Assembly (NCBI GenBank): GCA_965603705.1
Contig: CBFDDY010000002.1
Location: 1 to 44,223, forward strand
From: an uncultured bacterium
GTDB taxonomy: Bacteria; Acidobacteriota; Aminicenantia; Aminicenantales; Aminicenantaceae
Direction: 5' to 3'
Length of the DNA stretch: 44,223 bases
Each line of letters starts with the position of its first letter. The stretch's first letter is position 1. The position numbers and the translations under genes were made by a program. Positions 39,004-44,223 of the stretch are shown here, piece after piece. The notes beneath the pieces are model-generated. The model did not search any database. It was given only the letters and a program-made list of their open reading frames with translations, and was not told where the DNA came from.

Positions 39004-41244
39004 ATGGAAAAAAGAAAACCCAAGCAAACAAAAAATCGCGCCTGGTCATCAGAAATCAAAGGTGTAATCTATATTCTGATCGCCATACTTCTCTTATTAA
39101 GCTTAATTAGCTATAGCTCCACAGATCCATCATGGGCTTCGGTATCCACTTCCAAAAATAAGGTCCATAATTATTTAGGAAAAGCGGGCGCCTCATTATC
39201 AGAAGCACTTCTTCAGCTTTTTGGCTTTGCATCATTTATTCTGCCCCTAGCATTTCTCTACTTCGGAATTAGAGCCTTCTTACCGGATAAGGAAAGATCC
39301 ACCTTTAAACAGCTTGCCGGGACAGCCCTTCTTCTTATTATTCTGAGCTCGCTTTTCTGCATATTTTTTCCTGAAGCACCCAGGGCAGATATACAAGCCG
39401 GAGGATTAACAGGAAGCCTTACAGCCTCCTTTCTATTACCCTACTTTAATCACACCGGGAGCTTGCTTGTCCTTTTTAGTGCTCTCATCCTCTTCATAAT
39501 CTTTTCAACTCATCTTTCTATTCGCAGTGTGTTTTATTTTATTATTAGGCTTTTTAATTTCCTTTTTAAAGAGGTAAGAATCCGGATCACCCACTACCGC
39601 ATTAAAAAGCACAAGGAGAAGATGAGAAAAAAAGTAACCGAAAAATACTCAGATACAAAACAAAAAGCTGACAAGCCTATCTCCCGAAGAAATATTAAAA
39701 TAGGAAAAAAATCCGTTCAAGCTAAAATTTCTCATTCCATCTCTGGAGAAAACGTTCTGTTCCCAGAAATGGAACAAGGTGGTTACAGGTTCCCACCCTT
39801 ATCTTTATTAGACCCGGGCAAAGAAACAGAAAAAATCGATAAAAACGAACTGTATGAAAAAAAACAAATAATAGAAGACAAATTTCTTCAATTTCAGGTC
39901 AAAGGAGAAGTCAAAGAATACCATCCCGGCCCAATCGTAACCACATATGAATATTACCCCCATCCACATATAAAGGTCAGCCAGGTAGTCAACCTTTCCG
40001 AAGACCTGTCTCTTGCCTTAGGAGCACAAGCCGTCAGGATCCAAAGAATCCCGGGAAAGTCATCACTAGGAATCGAAATTCCCAATAACAAAAGAGAGAT
40101 CATCAAGATCAGAGACATAATCCAGACTGATAAATTTTTAAAATCTCCTTCCAAACTGACCATAGCTCTCGGAAAATCCATCCATGGAGAGCCATATATT
40201 ACAGACCTTTCCATCATGCCTCACCTCCTGATCGCAGGAGCTACAGGTACTGGAAAAAGCGTTGCTCTTAATACAATTATCGCCAGCATCCTCTACAAGG
40301 CAACCCCTGATGAGGTGAAAATAATCCTAATTGACCCGAAAAGAATAGAATTTTCCTTATACGAAGGAATGCCTCATCTTTTATGTCCGGTTGTAAAGAA
40401 TCCAAAAAAGGCTGAAGGTATCCTGCTTGATGCTATAAATAAAATGGAAGAACGATATCAAACATTGGGTTATTTAAAAGTCAGGAATATCGATCAATAT
40501 AACCAGAAAGTAAATAAAATATTAAATAATAACAGCAAATCTCTTTCTGAAGAAGAAAAAGAAAAGCTCAAGCCTCTTCCCTACATAGTTATCATAATTG
40601 ATGAGCTTTCGGAACTGATGATGGCAGCAGCAAAGGAGGTTGAATACTGCATAGCCCGGCTGGCTCAGTTAGCGCGTGCCGTCGGTATCCATCTTGTCAT
40701 GGCTACCCAGCGTCCTTCTGCTGATGTTATTACCGGTTATATCAAAAATAATTTTTCCAGCAGAATTGCTTTGCGGGTGCCATCAAAAACCGACTCGCGC
40801 GTAATTATTGATGCAAACGGAGCTGATAAATTACTGGGAAATGGCGATATGCTTTTTATGCCTCCTAACTTCCCCAGGATTATCCGGCTGCATAGTTCTT
40901 TCATCTCACTCTCTGAAGTTACCCGGTTAGTTAAATTCGTAAAAGAGCAGGGCAAACCAACTTATGATAAAAACATAATCAAAGTCCTTAAAAGCCCTCC
41001 AGGCAAATCAAAAGATGAGAGCAGCGAAAAAGACGCTCTTTTCGAAAAAGCGGCAGAGCTGATCCTCCTAACCGGACAGGCCTCAGCCTCATATTTACAA
41101 AGGAAGCTTAAATTAGGATATGCTAGAGCCGCCCGTATTATTGACCAGATGGAAGCTGAAGGCATTGTAGGCCCCTCAAAAGGAAGCAAAGCGCGCGAAA
41201 TACTGGTCGACCCTGACACTTACAAAAATAACTTAATGACCTGA
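39004..41244 (+). CDS. ftsK: DNA translocase FtsK/SpoIIIE
   Basis: Four to five N-terminal TM helices, then a basic linker. Walker A is IAGATGTGKSV and Walker B is IIIDELSEL. The C-terminal gamma winged-helix is SASYLQRKLKLGYARAARIIDQMEAEGIVGP. Confidence 0.95.
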   Translation: MEKRKPKQTKNRAWSSEIKGVIYILIAILLLLSLISYSSTDPSWASVSTSKNKVHNYLGKAGASLSEALLQLFGFASFILPLAFLYFGIRAFLPDKERSTFKQLAGTALLLIILSSLFCIFFPEAPRADIQAGGLTGSLTASFLLPYFNHTGSLLVLFSALILFIIFSTHLSIRSVFYFIIRLFNFLFKEVRIRITHYRIKKHKEKMRKKVTEKYSDTKQKADKPISRRNIKIGKKSVQAKISHSISGENVLFPEMEQGGYRFPPLSLLDPGKETEKIDKNELYEKKQIIEDKFLQFQVKGEVKEYHPGPIVTTYEYYPHPHIKVSQVVNLSEDLSLALGAQAVRIQRIPGKSSLGIEIPNNKREIIKIRDIIQTDKFLKSPSKLTIALGKSIHGEPYITDLSIMPHLLIAGATGTGKSVALNTIIASILYKATPDEVKIILIDPKRIEFSLYEGMPHLLCPVVKNPKKAEGILLDAINKMEERYQTLGYLKVRNIDQYNQKVNKILNNNSKSLSEEEKEKLKPLPYIVIIIDELSELMMAAAKEVEYCIARLAQLARAVGIHLVMATQRPSADVITGYIKNNFSSRIALRVPSKTDSRVIIDANGADKLLGNGDMLFMPPNFPRIIRLHSSFISLSEVTRLVKFVKEQGKPTYDKNIIKVLKSPPGKSKDESSEKDALFEKAAELILLTGQASASYLQRKLKLGYARAARIIDQMEAEGIVGPSKGSKAREILVDPDTYKNNLMT

Positions 41245-41283
41245 ATTAATTGTAAATTAAAACCAGAAAACAGCAAAAAATGA

Positions 41284-41790
41284 ATGCTAGTTAAAAATAA
41301 ATTTTCGCAATCCGAGTTAAAGGAAATAGTCAAAAAGTATCGTCCTATAGTGAGCTTTCGAGTCAAAAAATCACTAGGAACACACTATCCTGATTGGGAA
41401 GATGTAGTCAATGAAATAATGGTCAATACCCTTGAAAAAATAAAAGCCGGTAAATTCAGAGGGGATTCAAGTATCGGCACATTTATCTACACAATTACCA
41501 GCCGAAGAATAGTTGATTTTATTAGAGGAAAAAATAAATCCTTGCAATACGCCCCGGAACCGTCTTCCTTCCCTACTCCTGATAAAAACATAGAAAGCAA
41601 GGAAAGGCGTAAGTTTGTCACAAAACATCTGGAAAATCTTAAACCTAAATATAGAGAAATTATTTATCTTTACTATTATAAGGAACTTACGCGGCAAGAA
41701 ATAGCGGAAAAACTCGGCATTGCTCCCTGCAGAGTAAGTGAACGTGCCAACTATGCCAGAAAACTTCTAAAAAAAATGATAAAAAAATGA
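41284..41790 (+). CDS. ECF-type RNA polymerase sigma-70 family factor
   Basis: 168 aa. The region 2 pattern is DWEDVVNEIMVNTLEKI...FIYTITSRRIVDFIR. The region 4 helix-turn-helix is LTRQEIAEKLGIAPCRVSERANYARKLL. Confidence 0.8.
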   Translation: MLVKNKFSQSELKEIVKKYRPIVSFRVKKSLGTHYPDWEDVVNEIMVNTLEKIKAGKFRGDSSIGTFIYTITSRRIVDFIRGKNKSLQYAPEPSSFPTPDKNIESKERRKFVTKHLENLKPKYREIIYLYYYKELTRQEIAEKLGIAPCRVSERANYARKLLKKMIKK

Positions 41791-41854
41791 TTTTTCCCAA
41801 ACTTTTACTGCTATTACGACTAAAGTAATGAACTTTAAATATGAGGCAAAGGTG

Positions 41855-42487
41855 ATGAGAAAACATAAGCACGAAAAATTGATCGATGATTACTTATTAA
41901 ACAATCTCAACAAAGAAAAAAAAGAAGAGTTCGAGCAGCATTATTTTAACTGCCCCTCTTGCTTTAAAAAATTACAAGCCAGAGAAGAGTTTATTTCAAT
42001 CATAAAAAATTCACCTGATCTCTTCTTTCAGGATATGGATTTAAAGAATAGATCAAAAAAAGAGCTTTTTTTTAAACGAATCGCTATTTTCCTTACTCCC
42101 AGACAGTGGGCGGCAACCACTCTTTTCACAGCTTTGCTTCTCATAGTTATTTTTAATATTTTGCCAAATATAAAGACACCTTCTTCTCAATTTTCTCTTG
42201 ACAGCAATGCAGTAAGAGGAAGATCTATTACCATTATTTCAGATACTGCCCCCAATCACTTAAAATGGAAAAACATAGGCGAAAATATGGAATATAATAT
42301 ATCAATTCATAACAACCAGCTTATCTGGGAAGAGACTACATCTGAAAATTCTATTTTCCTTCCTGATGAGGTATATGCTCAAATGACACCCGGAGTCAAA
42401 TATTTTTGGCAGGTTAAAGCATATTCTCAGGAAGGAACCCTAATAGCTAAATCCAGCAAGATTCAACTGACGCTGATCAATAAATAA
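41855..42487 (+). CDS. Membrane-spanning anti-sigma factor (zf-HC2-like)
   Basis: It lies immediately downstream of the ECF sigma gene. HYFNCPSC provides the H-x3-C-x2-C motif. There is a single TM (WAATTLFTALLLIVIFNIL) and a periplasmic C-domain. The start is set at the ATG at 41855 (MRKHKH), preceded by AAGGTG. The ORF track begins at 41828. Confidence 0.65.
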   Translation: MRKHKHEKLIDDYLLNNLNKEKKEEFEQHYFNCPSCFKKLQAREEFISIIKNSPDLFFQDMDLKNRSKKELFFKRIAIFLTPRQWAATTLFTALLLIVIFNILPNIKTPSSQFSLDSNAVRGRSITIISDTAPNHLKWKNIGENMEYNISIHNNQLIWEETTSENSIFLPDEVYAQMTPGVKYFWQVKAYSQEGTLIAKSSKIQLTLINK

Positions 42488-42493
42488 GCCAGG

Positions 42494-43171
42494 TTAATCA
42501 TCTATTTTTTCTTCTTCCGTATACATACGACCTTTACTTTCATCCTCAAAAGCGAGGCAGCACATTAACCTGCCACAAACACCTGATATTTTTGTAGGAT
42601 TAATGGCGATCTTTTGTTTTTTGGCTTTCTGAATGGTTACCGGCTTAAAATTTTTAATAAAACTAAAACAACAAAGTTCCCGGCCGCAGACTCCTAATCC
42701 CCCGATCATCTTTGCTTCATCACGAACACCGACTTGCCTCATTTCTATGCGCATTTTTAATTCTTTTGCTAAATCTTTGACCAATTGCCTGAAGTCGATA
42801 CGTCCGTTTGCGGTATAATAAAATATTCCTTTCTGCTCATTAAAAAAGTACCGGACTTTAACCAGCTTCATGGGCAGTTTTCGGGACTCTATCTTCTTTA
42901 TACAGAGATTAAAAGCCTCCTCTTCTTTCCTGTCAAGGCGACTGATCTTTTTTTCATCATCAGAGTCGGCCATACGTATGATCTTTACAGTATCCTTAGC
43001 CGCCTTAGGAAAATCACAAATCTGGCTGGAAACATCAATGACTTCCGCCAGGTCACCACCAAGGTCTGATTCAACAATACAACGGTCCCCGCTTTTTAAC
43101 TCAAAATCCCCTTTTTTTACTCTAAAAACTTTTTTAAGCCTCTCTGAATAAACACATATTATCTTAGACAT
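42494..43171 (-). CDS. ricT: PSP1 domain protein (RicT/YaaT-like)
   Basis: Cys-rich C-terminal PSP1 signature GLGVCGRELCCFSF...SGVCGRLMCCLAFE. It lies directly downstream of holB, as in many bacteria. Confidence 0.8.
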   Translation of the reverse strand: MSKIICVYSERLKKVFRVKKGDFELKSGDRCIVESDLGGDLAEVIDVSSQICDFPKAAKDTVKIIRMADSDDEKKISRLDRKEEEAFNLCIKKIESRKLPMKLVKVRYFFNEQKGIFYYTANGRIDFRQLVKDLAKELKMRIEMRQVGVRDEAKMIGGLGVCGRELCCFSFIKNFKPVTIQKAKKQKIAINPTKISGVCGRLMCCLAFEDESKGRMYTEEEKIDD

Positions 43172-43193
43172 AATTCTTCCCTACCTGAACTAT

Positions 43194-44171
43194 TCATAAA
43201 AAATTTACTATCAGAGAACTGATAATAAGCCTTACATTTATATTATACTCAAAACCTTTAAAAGAGTCGTCTATAAAATTTAAATAAGATAACAATTGTT
43301 CTAATCCGGTCCGCTCTGCTATCTCTATCATTTTTGTTTTATAGTCTTGATTAATAAGATAGCACAAATCCCCGCCTTCCTTGATGATAATTAAATCCCG
43401 ACAAAAAGAAGAAATTATCTCTAAAAAAGGGCCCAGCTCCTCTTCCACTCCCTTTCTTGGCAGGTTCGAATACTTTTTTAAGAATCCCGCCATGTTTTTT
43501 TTGTCAAGAAATGATATAAATAAAAGCCATGCCTTTTTTCTTTGTGCTTGAATTTCTTCCTCATCCAAGCTTAATGCTTTATTTAGGTTTCCTCGAGCCA
43601 GAAGTGATAATATTTTTGCTTTATCTCTTTCCATACCCTTTTCAATAAGAAATTTTTTTATATCTTCTCCGGAAATAGCGGAAAAACTGATATTTTGACA
43701 GCGGGATTTTATGGTAGGCAGGATATCATGCGGATTATCGGTAAGCAGAATAATATGAGCATAAAGAGGAGGCTCTTCCAGCACTTTGAGTAATGAGTTT
43801 CCAGCCTCATGGTTCATTTTATCCGCCTCGGTTATAATAAAAACTCTCTTCTTTCCTACCATGGGACGCAGGTATGCTGCTTCTTTTAAAAGCCTCATCT
43901 GATCGATTCTTAAAATATCTTTTGGTGGAGAAATAATCATCACATCAGGAAAATTCTCTTTGTTTATGCCCTTACAATTAGGGCAAATTTCACAAGCGTC
44001 ATCGGACTTTTCTAAACAATTTAGAGCTTTTGCTATAACAAATGCAGTTTCTTTTTTTCCCACCCCGTCAGGTCCGGAGAAAAGCAATGAATTGGGGAGC
44101 CTGTCCCTTGCCAGGCTTGTTCTCAGAATATTTTTCACCCGCGTATTTCCCGGAATATCTATTAATGCCAC
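43194..44171 (-). CDS. holB: DNA polymerase III subunit delta prime
   Basis: LLFSGPDGVGKKETA (degenerate P-loop), the zinc-module cysteines CLEKSDDACEICPNCKG, AGNSLLKVLEEPP and TIKSRCQ (SRC motif). The GTG start is preceded by AGGGGAG. Confidence 0.9.
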   Translation of the reverse strand: MALIDIPGNTRVKNILRTSLARDRLPNSLLFSGPDGVGKKETAFVIAKALNCLEKSDDACEICPNCKGINKENFPDVMIISPPKDILRIDQMRLLKEAAYLRPMVGKKRVFIITEADKMNHEAGNSLLKVLEEPPLYAHIILLTDNPHDILPTIKSRCQNISFSAISGEDIKKFLIEKGMERDKAKILSLLARGNLNKALSLDEEEIQAQRKKAWLLFISFLDKKNMAGFLKKYSNLPRKGVEEELGPFLEIISSFCRDLIIIKEGGDLCYLINQDYKTKMIEIAERTGLEQLLSYLNFIDDSFKGFEYNINVRLIISSLIVNFL

Positions 44172-44223
44172 AAATCTGCTCCCCTAAAAATTATACCCGA
44201 ATCCCCCCTATTTAAAAAGGGAA

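Noticed and set aside
1-44223. Mobile elements, tRNA or rRNA genes, and toxin-antitoxin or defence-system genes.
   Set aside because: No transposase, integrase, recombinase, nuclease/helicase defence signatures, terminal inverted repeats or tRNA-like cloverleaf sequences were found in any intergenic region. The longest intergenic regions are 236, 229, 179 and 170 nt and are explained by promoters or hairpins.

Overview
This 44.2-kb window is AT-rich and comes from what looks like an uncultivated diderm bacterium. The lineage cannot be assigned from the sequence alone. I see about 31 credible protein genes and no rRNA, tRNA, CRISPR array, transposase or integrase.

Positions ~1300-36900 form a cell-envelope glycan or glycolipid accessory island. 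It contains:
- five radical SAM enzymes: four with B12-binding domains (class B) and one SPASM type
- two Dpm1/ArnC-like GT2 glycosyltransferases
- two GT-C (ArnT/PMT-like) polytopic membrane proteins
- an extended SDR plus a DegT aminotransferase
- a tightly coupled ACP / SDR / adenylating-ligase / NodB-deacetylase / GNAT operon
- three alkaline-phosphatase-superfamily enzymes: two sulfatase-like paralogs with Thr in place of the formylglycine Cys, and one NPP-like enzyme
- four secreted beta-propeller repeat proteins, drawn from three repeat families

The flanks are housekeeping. The left end carries a DAACS transporter. The right end carries an AMIN-domain/beta-barrel outer-membrane protein, rsmA, ftsK, an ECF sigma/anti-sigma pair, a PSP1 (RicT/YaaT-like) gene and holB.

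The best candidate for an undescribed system is the nine-gene minus-strand block at 24673-34104. It joins an ACP-dependent acylation operon to a class-B-rSAM / GT2 / class-B-rSAM / class-B-rSAM operon. Together with the dispersed aminotransferase, SDR, GT2 and GT-C genes, this reads like an Arn- or hopanoid-side-chain-style pathway for a lipid-linked amino sugar with radical tailoring.

Other points worth a second look are G/C homopolymer tracts inside three glycan genes, near-consensus TTGACA-N17 promoters that define the transcription units, a direct-repeat operator candidate, and a structured 236-nt intergenic region. All functional calls rest on motifs read by eye. No database search was run.
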